Part shown: positions 53,601 to 63,267 of the stretch, in pieces | Layout of the letters: each line of letters starts with the position of its first letter | Position numbering within the stretch: the stretch's first letter is position 1 | Origin: Euglena gracilis | Lineage: Eukaryota | Length of the DNA: 64,000 nt | Direction: 5' to 3' | Assembly (NCBI GenBank): GCA_039621445.1 | Contig: CP154954.1 | Span: forward strand, 12,208,716 to 12,272,715 | Made by a program: the position numbers and the translations under genes | Notes under the pieces: model-generated | Told to the model about the DNA's origin: nothing | Databases searched by the model: none | Seen by the model: the letters and a program-made list of their open reading frames with translations, nothing else

Positions 53601-56600
53601 ACCTGTGATGCCCATCATGACCCTTGATGCCCATCATGACCTGACGTAAAGTCCAAAGGGGGGGGGGGCTTATCCAGGGGGGGCGGGCCGATCTTAGACC
53701 CCTTCGCGCGTGAATAACTCGGGCCTGGCGGGGAGTTGGGGGTCAAACCCAGGTGATTCGGAAACTAGAAATCCAGTCGCTCGCGACCGGAATTTTTTTT
53801 TCGGGAACGGGGCTGGGATGGTGGCCCCGAGGGGGGGGGGGGAAGGGGGGAGGTTGGGGGGGTTTCCCCCAGGGGTAAGCTTCGCTCTTACCGATAAAGG
53901 GATAAGAGCTCAGCGACCCCCCATATAGTAAACACCCTGCCCTAAGTCACAAGTTCGTGGCAGGGAGGGGGTGTTTGATTGGGGATTTGATAATAAATAT
54001 TTGGGCAAACTTTTCAAACTCAAACAGACACCTCAAGAGGCACATTTTCACATATATTCTGAATTTTGCACTGCATTTATTTTAGGTTGACACCACCTGA
54101 AAAAAAAAATTGGTACCAGTGGCACCAGTCATTTTTTCCAAAGTGTGCTGCTTTTTTGGAGGGAAATTGAGTATTTTCTGCCTTGCTTGATTTCCTTCCC
54201 AGGGGAGTGGCAGGGGAGGGGAATATAATTTGGCAGCTGAAGTCCGGGGCCAGGGGGGATGATATTATTTGGGGTGGAAAATTGGTGGGGGGGTTACGAG
54301 GGCCTATGAAGAGGTTACCAGGTTACGAGGGCCTTGTTCTTGATTTTTTCACCCGGCTGAAAATCTACAGGTTTCTGAAAACTTTTTGAAGCCTGATAAA
54401 CAAATAAAAGCCTCCTAAACATAGAAACCCCCCAAATGGGGAAACCGACAAAATTATCGAATAGGAGATCGAATAGAACCCTCCTTCTACAGAAGGGGGA
54501 GAAACAAAAGATGGAAGGGGGCGATGAAAAGATGCTCCAAGAGTGCCGACTTTTTGGAGTGACGTGGGCTTTCCATCACTTATTTTCTGAGAATATTGCC
54601 TTTTTGGACAAACAGATTCAAACCCCACCAGTTAAAACAGGGTCAAAAATGGGCCCAAAATGCATGAGGTGATCTCTAGGGAGAACCCCCCCCTGGGGTC
54701 TTGAAACTCCGTTCAAATTTTGAAACAGTGGGGTTCTATATTGGGAAGTTTTTTTTCTTGTTGTCCGATGGTGGAGGATGTTTACTGTTTCCCGTAAACA
54801 TGCTTCAAAACAAGTTCACGGGAAACTATAAACGTGAACTTGCTTGGTTCCCGTAAACGAGCACAAAGTCCCCTTCACTCCTGAATGGAGTCTCGACTTT
54901 GTACCCTCACCTGCAGTTGGGCAGTGGACCACGACCTCCAACACCCCCCCTACCCCATGTGTCTGATGCAGCGACAGAATGGGTTAACGGGTTCCTGAAA
55001 GTTTGCTGGCTAAAAATTGATGCCATTTATTGGCATTGCATCACGGTCTCTACTTCCTGTAGGACAGGTTTGCTGGAAGAAAACGTGTGATGACTATGTC
55101 GGTATGGTAGTGCACAGCTGAGGGGAGTGTTTCACCACAATATTTGACGGCGTATTTGAGGCGGTGGTCTCCTCTCAGCAAGGCAATTTCTGACTGAGTC
55201 GATATCTTTACAGGTTCCCGTAAACTGCATATCGTCTTGAAATCCCACCCAAATATTAAAGTGAGGGGGTAACACTTGGGGAGGTTAACTTGAAGAAGGG
55301 CCATTTCAGGGTTTGAAATACGCGCCCAGTACGGGAAGGGGGGGGTGACATCCGTCCATCTAAACAGAAGTGTGACCCATTTTTATATGAACCACAAGAC
55401 CCTTTTTCGGGTTCGGAACAAGCAGCAGGCAGAGAAATCTCGCCACCGTGAACAAAAGGACAAAGTGATCACCCTTTGGCAAAATTTGCAAACAGGCTCA
55501 ATTTTTCGGAACAAAGGGGTTTTTGTTTCATTTAAAGAATGGCTGAATTTTTCTTGTTCTGTTGCACCGCCCAACTACTTGGCGTGCAGGTTTATGGTGC
55601 GTTCTTCTGAAAAGTCGGCAGCTATATGATAATAGGAACAGGCTTTCTTGAGACCGCTGGGGGAGGGGGGGTCACCCCACTCATGGTGGCGTGGGACCCC
55701 CCCCAAAAAACCGGGTTGTCTGGAGGCATCCCCAAAAAATTTCTAGCAGGTACCCCTCTCAAAGTGAGTCCTCTGATCCTCGCTCCCCCTCTGTGTGTGG
55801 TTGGTGTCACCCCCCAAAAGACATCCCTGGTGGTGTTGTCGCTTTGTATGTGATTTTTCCCGGATCCTCAAAAAGCCAAATGCAGATGGTATCGACTGTG
55901 CAATTTCTCTCACACAATGCCTCAGCTGTTATGTGCCTGCTTGTGGCGTGCTTGCTTATGCTTTATTGTGGCATCGAAATGTGAGCACCAATGCTGCCGA
56001 TTTTCTTATTTCACGGTATGTCTTTTTTCATGTGTAAAATTCTCGGAAAATTCAAAAAAGAAGCAATGCAAGCAATGTCAATCAAACTGACTGTTTTCTT
56101 TCGTTAGTTTCAGCGAAAAACGCGCAGTGCGCCGCCCGAGGGCCTGGGGCGACCCCCCAGGGGGCTGGTCCTGGACCCACCCCCCGGGGGTCTTCCAAGT
56201 AAAGAAGAAGCATGGATGGGAAAGACTTGGACACAAACGGCCTCCGCGTGGGACCCCGCTTCCGACGTACAGGTCCGCCAGTACGTGGCTGTGCCGCTGC
56301 AGCAGGGTCTTGTTGGACAGGACAACGGTGGGGCCCCGCTGCGGGGATCCCGGCGGCTTTGAATAAGAAGTCCTGCCAATGTTCTGGGAAGGCGCTGCTC
56401 ACGCGTTCAGGGGTGCAGTCGGGACCAGTTTTTTTCTTTTATCCAACAATGCTAATCTTCGCTTTTGGGGGGGGCGTTCTTTTGGGGGATCACTATTGTT
56501 GAGATTAGCATTAGCTGGCCCGCCCCAAAAGAATTTCTGCCTTCAAACCCCGCCCTCCCTGCAGGGGCACTGTCGGCACTGTGGGGGCACTGTGAGGGCA

Positions 56601-59600
56601 CTGCAGGGCACTGCACTGCACTGCACCATTCTCATCCGCAAGCTCCCGCGAGGCCCCAGATGTGGTCCATCCGGTCCGCGAAGGTGAACGCCGCCTGCTG
56701 GGCGGTGCTGGAGCCGCCCCACGCACTCTCCGCCGCCGCCCGGCAGGGCCTCCGCCATTGAGGCGAGCCCCGAGAAACGGGGCAGCGTTCCGCTCCGGCA
56801 TCTCCGTTTCTGAGTTGCTGAAAACGGAGGTGTTTGTTTTGAACTCCTCCGGCTTCGATCCGTTATCCCCCCGACCTTTGACACGCCACAGTACGGGGAA
56901 AGTGCAGTTGACACGGGGGGCTGTCATGGACCAGCCCTATCAAGGACAGGTCTCCCCCAGGAAGTTGTCACTTGAGAGTCAGCCAGTACAAGCAGGTGAT
57001 ATTATCAGGTGATGACTTCCAGGGGCCTGTGGTGGACTTTCCACCGTGAGAAGGCAGGTGGTTTGGGCTTGAGGTGGCAACTTCCAGGGTAGTTGGCAAA
57101 CTCGTAGGGTGAATGTCTTAAAGAAACCTGCGAAAAAAAATCACTCTGACATCATTCCGGCAATCATTCAGGCATTCTTGGATCATTGTCCACACAAACT
57201 TATCCAGTCACATTTGGAACATGGAGATTTAATTTTTGACCCCATTCGATGCCCGGATGGCCCTTGTCCCATCATTAAAACATAGAATTAAAAAAAAACC
57301 TTAAAACAACGGAAAAACCTGCCTCAAAAACCTTCATTTTTGGGGAAAAAATTGCCTTGAAAATAATATCTCTTACAACTTCTACCACTTTGCGCAAAAA
57401 AATGAGTATGAATGCATTGGACCAGTCCCCCAACCTCATCAGGGTGTCAGTTTCGGAAGTTGCCAGCTGTCAGGTGACAGTTTCCTGGGGGGGGGGGGAG
57501 TACCCTGCCGGAGGTGGGGTTTTCTATATTTGGCGCTTCGCCAAACACAGGGGAAGAACACAAGTTTTTGGACCCCAAATTGACCCCAAAAATTGGTTCC
57601 CTTCGAGTCCCTCCCCCAGGGGGGTGGGTGGGTGGGTGGGTGGGTGGGTCCAACGAGCTTTATGGGCTTAAAACTCACAATCCTGCATAATCCCACAAAA
57701 TCCCGCATAAATTTCATGGTCAAAGGCGCTTCATCAGCACCACCAATGTGCTTTTCTGTTGTAATTTCAGATTTCTTTCCACGGTCTCCAATTTTTCATT
57801 TTTCTGTTGGATTATCTTCTTTGTTTGTTTGGCTCACTGTAGTGCAGAGGACGGGGTTATTATTTGGTATTTGTCAAATGCATACAATTTACCTCAAAAA
57901 TGCTTGCATTTGACCCCAAAGAGATATCTACACGTTTCGAAAATGCACCCTAATGTTTGCATTTTCCGATATTTTGTTTTTGCTTGGATCTGCCAATTTA
58001 CACTGTTGTCCTTTTTTATCAGAAGGGATGGCATCAAGGTTATCAGGGAGAGGCCCAACCAGATTCACCAATTGCCCATGCTCCCATCCTAACTCGGGTC
58101 GGGAAAATTCTGGGACGGAAGCAGTTGTGTAAAAGTGTAATAAAAAAAACAATACATGCGCACAAAAATATCCAAAATTGAAAAGAAAAAAAAACCTTTT
58201 GATACCCTGCCTTTTTTCAACCTCTTTTTGGAAATTGACCTTTTTTTGTAAATTCAGCCTCTATTTTCCCTGTGATCTGCCAGCAGACACAATGGGAAAC
58301 AACTTTCTGCTTCCAAAGAGACGCCCTGGGAACCTGACCGTCCACGGCCTCGACCTCCGGCGGCGCATCGACCCCCTCCGCCTCCAAGCTCTGCATGCGG
58401 CTGAACTCCCGCTGGAGCTGCCTGAGCCAGGGGAGGACCCAGACAGGGCAATGCCAACGCCGCGCGCGGCACACCCTGCACGACACCGGGCACATCGTGT
58501 GGCGCACGGCACGGTTTCGCTGAAATTACCCACCCCCCCCCTTGTCGTACGACCGGGGGGTGGTCGTACAACCTGCGACCGGGGGGGGGGGGGGTGGTCG
58601 TAAATGAGGGGTGGTCGTACGACAAGGGGGGGGGGGTACCTAAAAAAAGCTGCAATTCTCAGTTTTGGTCTGAATGAAAAAAAATATTGCTTGCATTGCT
58701 TCTGAATTTTTCGAAAACTTTGGACACGAAAGACACAACGTGAAAAAAAAAACAGCGGAAGCATTTTGAACACAAAACCATTTCGTCCAGCCGCAATGTG
58801 TTGAACCAATATTGCTCATTTATGTCACATCCGGCGCCACTGTTACCCACCCCCCGAACAATGGCCCCATGGGTAATTATTCAAACACGCAATTAAAAAC
58901 TCGGGCAGGGGCTGTTATTTGGGGGGGGGGCTGTTTTTTTGGGGGGGGAGGGCTGTTATTCAGAGTTTTGTGTCAGAAAATTGGCTCCCAACAGAACTCA
59001 AAACCCCATTTCCCCCAAAAAAATACCTTTTAGGGCCCTCTTGTCAAGATGAATGTCGCGGTTGTGCAAAAAAAAAAAAATATTTCAGAAAAAAATTGCT
59101 TTTCCCCTGTGACAAGCTCTGGAATATATTTTTAGTGACTCCCCAAGGGGTGGGCATTTTTCCCCTGGCCCAAACCCCCACCCACTATTTTTGAAAACCC
59201 ACCCATCCACGACCCCCCCCCCGCCGTTGAGTGATCAACAAATAATTTGGGAATCACTTAAGAAGTGCACCTGCAGCCCAACGTTGATTGGTTTTCCCCT
59301 AAACTGAACAGAACCTTCCATTTTGTGTTGTATGTGCGTACACACAGGAAATAAGCCATCACATGCGACATTTGCACGCACAAGCATCAATAAAAAAAAC
59401 TGTAAAAAAATCAGTCAACAACAACAGCTCAAAGAAACTTGGAGGGATCCCGGGGAAACCCGGGAACACTTCGGCATGGCGCAACCCCTCAGGGGGATCC
59501 GTCCGCCCCTGCCCGAGCCTCCGGCAGCTCCCAGTGCTCCGCCAGCAGGCCCACAGCGGCCCGCACGAGGTGGGTGCACGCCTGCATGTGGGCGGCGTGG

Positions 59601-60070
59601 GTGCGGCGGCCGGTGGAGGACAGCCCCCGCGTGGGGCCAGGGCTGTGCGGGAAGGCCTGGCGCGGGGGGGGGGGGGGCGGTCCGACCCCCCACCACCGAT
59701 AGGGCTGCATGGATTCCCGGACAGCCCTGCGTGTGGCTAAGGGCCGAGCCCAGGCCGGTGCTTCAGACCACCATCAAGGGTGAGGGCTTCGGGCTGGCAT
59801 TCTCAGTACCAGGGGCCCTCCCGACCCCCTGTCCATGGCACAGAAATGCGCCACGAACGGGCCAATAGCACATGAGTGTGCCACCGGTACAAATGCACAA
59901 TAAAATAATAAGAATAATAATAATAATCATATAATAATAATATCATAATAATAATAAGAATAATATAATAATAATAATAATAATCATAATAATAATAATA
60001 TAATAATAATAATAATAATAAGAATAATAATAATAATAATATAATAATAATCATAATAATAATAATAATA

Positions 60071-60141
<71 letters not shown>

Positions 60142-60268
60142 TAATAATAATATCAACAACAACAACAACAAACACAACAACAACAACAACAACAAGAACA
60201 ACAACAACAACAACAACAACAATAATAACATATATATAGTTAATAATGGCACATATATATGTTTAATA

Positions 60269-60329
<61 letters not shown>

Positions 60330-63138
60330 ATCAACGTTGTTTGAATGCGTCGGTGGAGAATCGTTGGGGAGCGGGGGGCAGGACGTTTTTCTGTGGAACA
60401 CCCGTTTTTGAAAAGGAAGGAAGCCTGCCGGGAGTTCCGCTGGGCCGCTTTTGGACCGGTGGGAGCGTCCTTCAGCAAGGACCTGGGTTGGATGGCCGCC
60501 ACGAGGTCTCCCTTCAGCTGCAGGAGGGACTCGCTGAGGGCGGTGGCGGAGCTGCAGGGGGGCGCCAGGCCGCTGAGGACTCTCGCGTAACAAGTTGGAT
60601 TTTCACGTCATCTCTAAGGCCACTTGTTCTCACAGAAGCCCAAACCAAAGCATGATTTTTCGCACTTCCGCCAACCTGTCCTGCTCTGCGCCAAGTCCGT
60701 TCGAGCCCCCCAGCCCCCCCCCCTGCCCCCTTGTCAGGGCCCCTGGCTGGAAGTGGCCCGACTGAGGGTCAACCAATGTACCCAAAAAATCGACGTGTCA
60801 AAAATGAACAAAAGAACTTCGACGTGTGCAAAATATGGATTTTACGACCCCAAATTTGCCCAGGCCATCCTTATAGACCTGTTTTCGCTCATTTTTTTCA
60901 TTTTTTTTTGCACACCCAGAAGGGAAAAAAAAAACTGCTGCAGCCCAGCCAACCTTCGGGTGACTGAAAAACAAATTTAAACTTGTCGATGGGGGGAGCG
61001 GGTCCGAAGCTAGAAAAGAGCTGCTGGCTGTGAATGGGGTCCACTTTGATTTATGCGACACCATGCCCCCCACCCACCACAATGCTTTGCCCCCCAATCT
61101 GAAATTTACTATAGAGGAGTTTCCAAAACCCGTCAGACAGAAAAAAAACCCAAATCCAGTCAGCTAACTCCCCCCCCCTTGTACTTGACACGCCAAAATA
61201 CGGGGAAAGTGCGGTTGACAAGGGGGATGTCATGGATACGCCGTGTCATGTGCACTGTACCCCGTGTGTCATAGACCAGCCGTGCAAAGACAAAGTGGGG
61301 GAAGGTACCCCATGGATACACGAAAGGGGGGAATGGGCAGAAGCACTTGTGTTCCCTGTGCCAATACTCCCGTTACACCGCTGCTGTAGCCGTGCCGGTC
61401 GCAGCCGCAGCCGTGCCAAAAAAACAGTAGCACGGTAGTAGTACTACCGTGCTACTCATGATGCACGGTAGGCATCATGAGCATCTACCGTGCTCATGAT
61501 GCTGCCGTATCATGAGCCCGGCAGTGATACTACCGTGCTCACTCGTACGGTAGTGAGCACGGTGGTATCGTGCTCACTACCGGAGCACGATAGCGAGCCC
61601 AAGCCCGTGCAGCCGGCCTGGGCGGGTTGTACATGCGGGCCTGGAGGCGGGCGAACACGTCGAAGAACGACTGGGGGGACAGGTCCACGGAGACCGGCGG
61701 GACCTTCACCGGCTTGTCGGCCTTGAGCCGCTGGGGGCAGGGGGCTTTCACTGGGAGCTCGGTTGCCATTGAAACGAGTAATGTGTCGGACAACGAGGAG
61801 CTGGTCACCTTCCCTTTGACCGAGGCAGGGTCACATGGCAGGTACAGAAGCGCATGCTCCGCACCCGGGCTTATTGATCCCTCCAGACAAGTCAGCGAGA
61901 GTGCAGAAGGACAGCTTCGCAATCGGGTTGGGTCAGGGTGTAAATAAAAAAAGGTCCGCTTTCATTACACACTGGATCCCTGAGATCAAGATGGGGAAGT
62001 TTCTCAAAAAAAAAAAGGAAAGAAACACCTGGCCGGTGCTCATGGGTCAACAGGACCCACCAGACGACGATGTGGAGGTGGGCCTGGAACGTCTCGAGGG
62101 GGACGGCCTTCACGAGAGGAGGACAAATGACGGTGGCCGCTGGACAGTGCCCAGGAAGGAGGGTGGAACCGGAGCAGCGCACCAGCGTTGGGGTTTTTTT
62201 TTTAAGACCAGGGGGGGTCCCGGAAGACCCACTCACTTTTCTCTGAAAATGGCCAAAAAAGCGAAAATGCCAAAAATAGCACTTTTTTAACAATTTTCGG
62301 CGCCGAAAAGTGTATCTCCGGGGGGGGGGGGAGGGGTCGGCCGGACCCACCCACCCTGCCCCCCCCGGGGGCCAAGGCTAAAAAAAACCCTGGCCAGCGT
62401 ATTTTAAAGTTCAATCAGTCAACGGCTTCCAGGATTCCTGCGAAGCCTCTCCCAATGGCTGCTGCCTGAATTTGTGTGATGCTGACAATGGACACTGACC
62501 CCGAGGGGTTCAATGATACTGCACAAAACAATCAACACAAAACTACACAAAAAGTTCAAAGCTGCACGAAAATTGCATTGCAAATTTCATCACTTTCAGG
62601 GCCCTTTGAGACTATACACAATTTCTGGAAAAAAATAGCTCCTTCTGATTTTTTGACGGATTTTCCGTATGAAAACACTAAACTGGAAGGAAAAAAAAAC
62701 AAACTGCAAGAGCAATTTGAATCTCATTTCTTAAGAAAAATGCAGATAAAAAAAATATCTCCGAGAACCATCCCAAAGGCATGAACGTTCTCACGAGCAC
62801 AAGTTAATTCAGAGTTTGAGAACTCATTTATTCATTGAAATTCAGAAGTCAGTGCAAACTGCCCAGAAGCCACAAGGGTGGCATTCAGTGATGCGCTCTG
62901 GAGGCGGCCCAGCGGGTGACCCAAAATTTGTCACTAGCCACCACAAGCAGTTGTTGGCAGACACCAGCAGTACTACTGGTTTGGACTCTATACCGGTTTG
63001 GACTTTACAGGGACGTTCAGGGAAACAGGACAGTGCCCAGGGAGGCAGTCGAGAGGGCGAGGGCTGCGGACTGGGCTGGAAGGGTTCGGCACCACGCGGC
63101 TTTGCATGCGTCGGAGACGATGCGCATGCTGCACTCCT
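10000..63138 (-). CDS. Multi-exon gene: OTU-domain deubiquitinase with downstream PH-like segment and Pro-rich tail (5' end unresolved; may be two genes split at ~30711)
   Basis: About 40 GC-rich exons, many joining in phase under GT-AG or +4/-8 pairing rules; OTU Cys, Trp and His boxes occur in order. Confidence 0.8.
10477..10600 (-). CDS. Exon [41 protein letters not shown]
   Basis: CTGttggc| and |cggCAG. Confidence 0.65.
10712..10875. mobile_element. Short MITE (GGAAACTGTCACCTGACA family; relatives ~23700, 26425-26535, 56955-57090, 57430-57500)
   Basis: Inverted ends ccccgggaaactgtca/tgacggtatcccgggg; internal duplication. Confidence 0.7.
11490..11610 (-). CDS. Exon ...[27 protein letters not shown]; approximate
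   Basis: GC-rich open frame. Confidence 0.55.
12752..12850 (-). CDS. Exon [33 protein letters not shown]
   Basis: CTGctggt| phase 0 match. Confidence 0.75.
13542..13742 (-). CDS. Exon [19 protein letters not shown]...[13 protein letters not shown]
   Basis: CTGtgcca| and |gccCAG; high GC3. Confidence 0.8.
13933..14268. repeat. (CATC)n/(CATA)n microsatellite
   Basis: Direct. Confidence 0.95.
14265..14975. repeat. Tandem duplication of a ~250-bp unit (14265-14517, 14723-14975)
   Basis: Two near-identical copies separated by tetranucleotide repeats. Confidence 0.9.
15000..15135 (-). CDS. Candidate exon [38 protein letters not shown]; approximate
   Basis: GC-rich open frame. Confidence 0.4.
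17615..17744 (-). CDS. Pro-rich exon [41 protein letters not shown]; 3' end approximate
   Basis: CTGccact| start in phase. Confidence 0.7.
18261..18462 (-). CDS. Pro-rich exon [13 protein letters not shown]...PPNPSPTP (needs one internal frameshift, probably a homopolymer error)
   Basis: CTGccccc| and |gagCAG. Confidence 0.65.
19452..19890. mobile_element. MITE-like element with CGTGGGAGGTGG inverted termini
   Basis: Doubled motif at 19453-19481 inverted at 19862-19889. Confidence 0.65.
20054..20198 (-). CDS. Pro-rich exon [48 protein letters not shown]
   Basis: CCGgctgt| and |ctcCAG; phases match. Confidence 0.75.
21260..21475 (-). CDS. Pro-rich exon [20 protein letters not shown]...WPPPPAL
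   Basis: GC-rich open frame; |gccCGG pairs with CCG at -8. Confidence 0.75.
21797..22200. mobile_element. hAT-type MITE
   Basis: TIR CAGGGTTCGATATAAGGA/TCCTTATATCAAACCCTG; perfect 8-bp TSD CCCCGGAG. Confidence 0.92.
22629..22715 (-). CDS. Exon (frame ambiguous; likely ...[27 protein letters not shown])
   Basis: CTGggggc| and |gagCAA. Confidence 0.6.
22822..23026. mobile_element. Degenerate copy of the same hAT-type MITE family
   Basis: Shared core cccactcacttttc...aaaatggcc...gctaaaaatagc and end gactaaaaaaaactcctg. Confidence 0.7.
23211..23329 (-). CDS. Exon [39 protein letters not shown]
   Basis: CTGatgtc| and |cccCAG; high GC3. Confidence 0.8.
24505..24534 (-). CDS. Candidate small exon [10 protein letters not shown]
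   Basis: Fits the PH-like pattern between flanking exons; boundaries uncertain. Confidence 0.5.
24755..25169. mobile_element. hAT-type MITE (family shared with 47695-48170)
   Basis: CAGGGGTTTC...AAAACCCTG; TSD ATTCTGAG/AGTCTGAG; GGCTGG subterminal repeats. Confidence 0.85.
25416..25856. mobile_element. CAATTG-rich MITE, copy 1
   Basis: About 440 bp, TIR-like C(n)..GGCAATTG/CAATTGCCCG(n); close copies at 28983 and 31413. Confidence 0.85.
26087..26257 (-). CDS. Exon ...[39 protein letters not shown] (start of PH-like segment)
   Basis: CTGtaccc| start; high GC3. Confidence 0.8.
27418..27535 (-). CDS. Exon [39 protein letters not shown]
   Basis: CTGcccgt| and |gagCAG; phases match. Confidence 0.8.
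28060..28141 (-). CDS. Exon [27 protein letters not shown]
   Basis: CTGgctag| and |atcCAG. Confidence 0.7.
28200..28486. mobile_element. Fold-back MITE with GGCAGCCTCCAACT termini in TA-rich DNA
   Basis: Long inverted arms; internal TTAGGG-like motifs. Confidence 0.85.
28687..28979. mobile_element. Near-perfect palindromic MITE with GGCAGGTGAGAAC termini
   Basis: Whole element folds back; nested sub-terminal palindromes. Confidence 0.88.
28983..29456. mobile_element. CAATTG-rich MITE, copy 2
   Basis: Same element, flanked by TA on both sides. Confidence 0.85.
29520..30395. repeat. Compound tetranucleotide microsatellite
   Basis: TGCA, TGTA, CGTA, TTTA, TTTG, TTGG, TTCA and TTCC blocks. 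Confidence 0.95.
30711..30768 (-). CDS. Exon [15 protein letters not shown](AGR*); terminal or internal
   Basis: Upstream intron stem cagggtg/caccctg; phase 2 match. Confidence 0.7.
30824..31107. mobile_element. hAT-type MITE (family with 22822-23026, ~50370-50565, 62189-62392)
   Basis: CAGGGTTTTTT...AAAAAAACCCACTA; perfect TSD GAGGGGAA. Confidence 0.85.
31413..31887. mobile_element. CAATTG-rich MITE, copy 3
   Basis: Same element, flanked by TA on both sides. Confidence 0.85.
32013..32141 (-). CDS. Exon [43 protein letters not shown]
   Basis: CTGgccac| and |gccCAG. Confidence 0.8.
33473..33573 (-). CDS. Exon [34 protein letters not shown]
   Basis: In phase across the TIR/TSD intron 32142-33472. 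Confidence 0.7.
34432..34500 (-). CDS. Exon [23 protein letters not shown]
   Basis: cagcc/ggctg stem in upstream intron; phase 0. Confidence 0.8.
34884..35015 (-). CDS. Exon [44 protein letters not shown]
   Basis: CTGgcgat| and |acaCAG. Confidence 0.7.
35869..35967 (-). CDS. Exon [33 protein letters not shown]
   Basis: ctcgcag| acceptor, very high GC3. Confidence 0.85.
37380..37460 (-). CDS. OTU His-box exon [27 protein letters not shown]
   Basis: HYDSV motif (His 37449-37451); TTGccact| start, GT donor. Confidence 0.92.
38343..38427 (-). CDS. OTU exon [28 protein letters not shown]
   Basis: Upstream intron stem cagcccca/tggggctg; |gggCAA. Confidence 0.85.
39209..39250 (-). CDS. OTU exon [14 protein letters not shown]
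   Basis: CTGccgga| and |gccCAG; in phase on both sides. Confidence 0.8.
39647..39695 (-). CDS. OTU exon [17 protein letters not shown]
   Basis: WGG..E motif; CCGccccc| and |gccCAG. Confidence 0.9.
40077..40170 (-). CDS. OTU exon [31 protein letters not shown]
   Basis: F..YL pattern typical of OTU; |accCGG intron start. Confidence 0.85.
40661..40697 (-). CDS. OTU exon [12 protein letters not shown]
   Basis: In-phase link between the Cys box and the next helix. Confidence 0.7.
41155..41242 (-). CDS. OTU Cys-box exon [30 protein letters not shown]
   Basis: Canonical OTU GDGNCL..ALS.QL motif; Cys codon 41190-41192. Confidence 0.93.
43371..43508 (-). CDS. Exon ...[29 protein letters not shown]
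   Basis: ccccacag| acceptor; |ggcCCG pairs with CGG at -8 of the intron end. Confidence 0.75.
45566..45674 (-). CDS. Exon [36 protein letters not shown]; 3' end approximate
   Basis: gtttgtag| acceptor in phase with the previous GT donor. Confidence 0.7.
47695..48170. mobile_element. hAT-type MITE
   Basis: CAGGGGTTT...GAAACCCCTG; perfect TSD ACCCTGAG. Confidence 0.9.
48623..49217. mobile_element. hAT-type MITE
   Basis: TIR CAGGGCAGAAC/GTTCTGCCCTG; TSD GGAGGGTC/GGGTGGTC. Confidence 0.75.
49267..49391 (-). CDS. Exon [42 protein letters not shown]
   Basis: CTGccggc| start, |gtgtgc donor, very high GC3. Confidence 0.8.
49416..49523. repeat. (CCCAAGAAT)n minisatellite, about 12 units
   Basis: Direct. 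Confidence 0.95.
49828..49841 (-). CDS. Candidate 14-nt micro-exon (E)DALR
   Basis: Restores phase to give VSVEDALRRQFSH; both flanking introns show 8-bp terminal repeats. Confidence 0.5.
50569..50608 (-). CDS. Exon [14 protein letters not shown]
   Basis: Upstream intron ends pair (agccagggg/ccccggct); followed by |ggaCAG. Confidence 0.65.
51365..51439 (-). CDS. Exon [25 protein letters not shown]
   Basis: CTGaggcc| and |agcCAG boundaries. Confidence 0.65.
51758..51824 (-). CDS. Exon [22 protein letters not shown]
   Basis: ttccgcag| acceptor; in phase with next exon. Confidence 0.55.
53165..53278 (-). CDS. Exon [35 protein letters not shown]; approximate
   Basis: Coiled-coil-like open frame. 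Confidence 0.6.
55100..55301 (-). CDS. Candidate exon [21 protein letters not shown]...[13 protein letters not shown]; approximate
   Basis: Open frame after CTGaaatg|. Confidence 0.4.
56263..56338 (-). CDS. Exon [25 protein letters not shown]; approximate
   Basis: GC3-rich frame after ccgcag. Confidence 0.6.
56650..56739 (-). CDS. Exon [30 protein letters not shown]; approximate
   Basis: GC3-rich frame preceded by ccCTG. Confidence 0.65.
58340..58422 (-). CDS. Exon [28 protein letters not shown]
   Basis: CTGgctca| and |ggtCAG boundaries. Confidence 0.8.
58529..58637. mobile_element. Small palindromic MITE (CCCCTTGTC...GACAAGGGG; relatives 44885-44996, 47206-47310)
   Basis: Inverted termini flanked by TA. 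Confidence 0.65.
59515..59632 (-). CDS. Exon [39 protein letters not shown]
   Basis: CTGgcccc| and |gggCAG boundaries; phases match both neighbours. Confidence 0.8.
59900..60330. repeat. (AAT)n/(AAC)n/(TA)n microsatellite
   Basis: Direct. Confidence 0.95.
60431..60585 (-). CDS. Exon [50 protein letters not shown]; start approximate
   Basis: GC3-rich; followed by cggCAG; in phase with next exon. Confidence 0.7.
61170..61280. repeat. Dispersed repeat (copies 35577-35740, 56876-56935)
   Basis: Shared ttgacacgcca...aagtgcggttgaca..gggg..tgtcatgga. Confidence 0.75.
61624..61870 (-). CDS. Exon ...[56 protein letters not shown]; start approximate
   Basis: Long GC3-rich frame followed by intron start gccCAGg. 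Confidence 0.7.
62064..62140 (-). CDS. Exon [26 protein letters not shown]; 3' end uncertain
   Basis: gtccag| acceptor, GC3-rich. Confidence 0.55.
62189..62392. mobile_element. hAT-type MITE
   Basis: Ends ...AAAAAAACCCTG; TSD ACCAGCGT/GCCAGCGT. Confidence 0.85.
63020..63138 (-). CDS. Candidate exon ([34 protein letters not shown]); boundaries approximate
   Basis: GC3-rich open frame. Confidence 0.4.
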
Positions 63139-63197
63139 CCGGAGTGGACAAAGGGGGAAATTAAAATTTAAGGATTTGACCGAAGTGCCCACGTAAG

Positions 63198-63198
63198 C

Positions 63199-63265
<67 letters not shown>
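63198..63265. repeat. (CAA)n microsatellite
   Basis: Direct. Confidence 0.95.
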
Positions 63266-63267
<2 letters not shown>

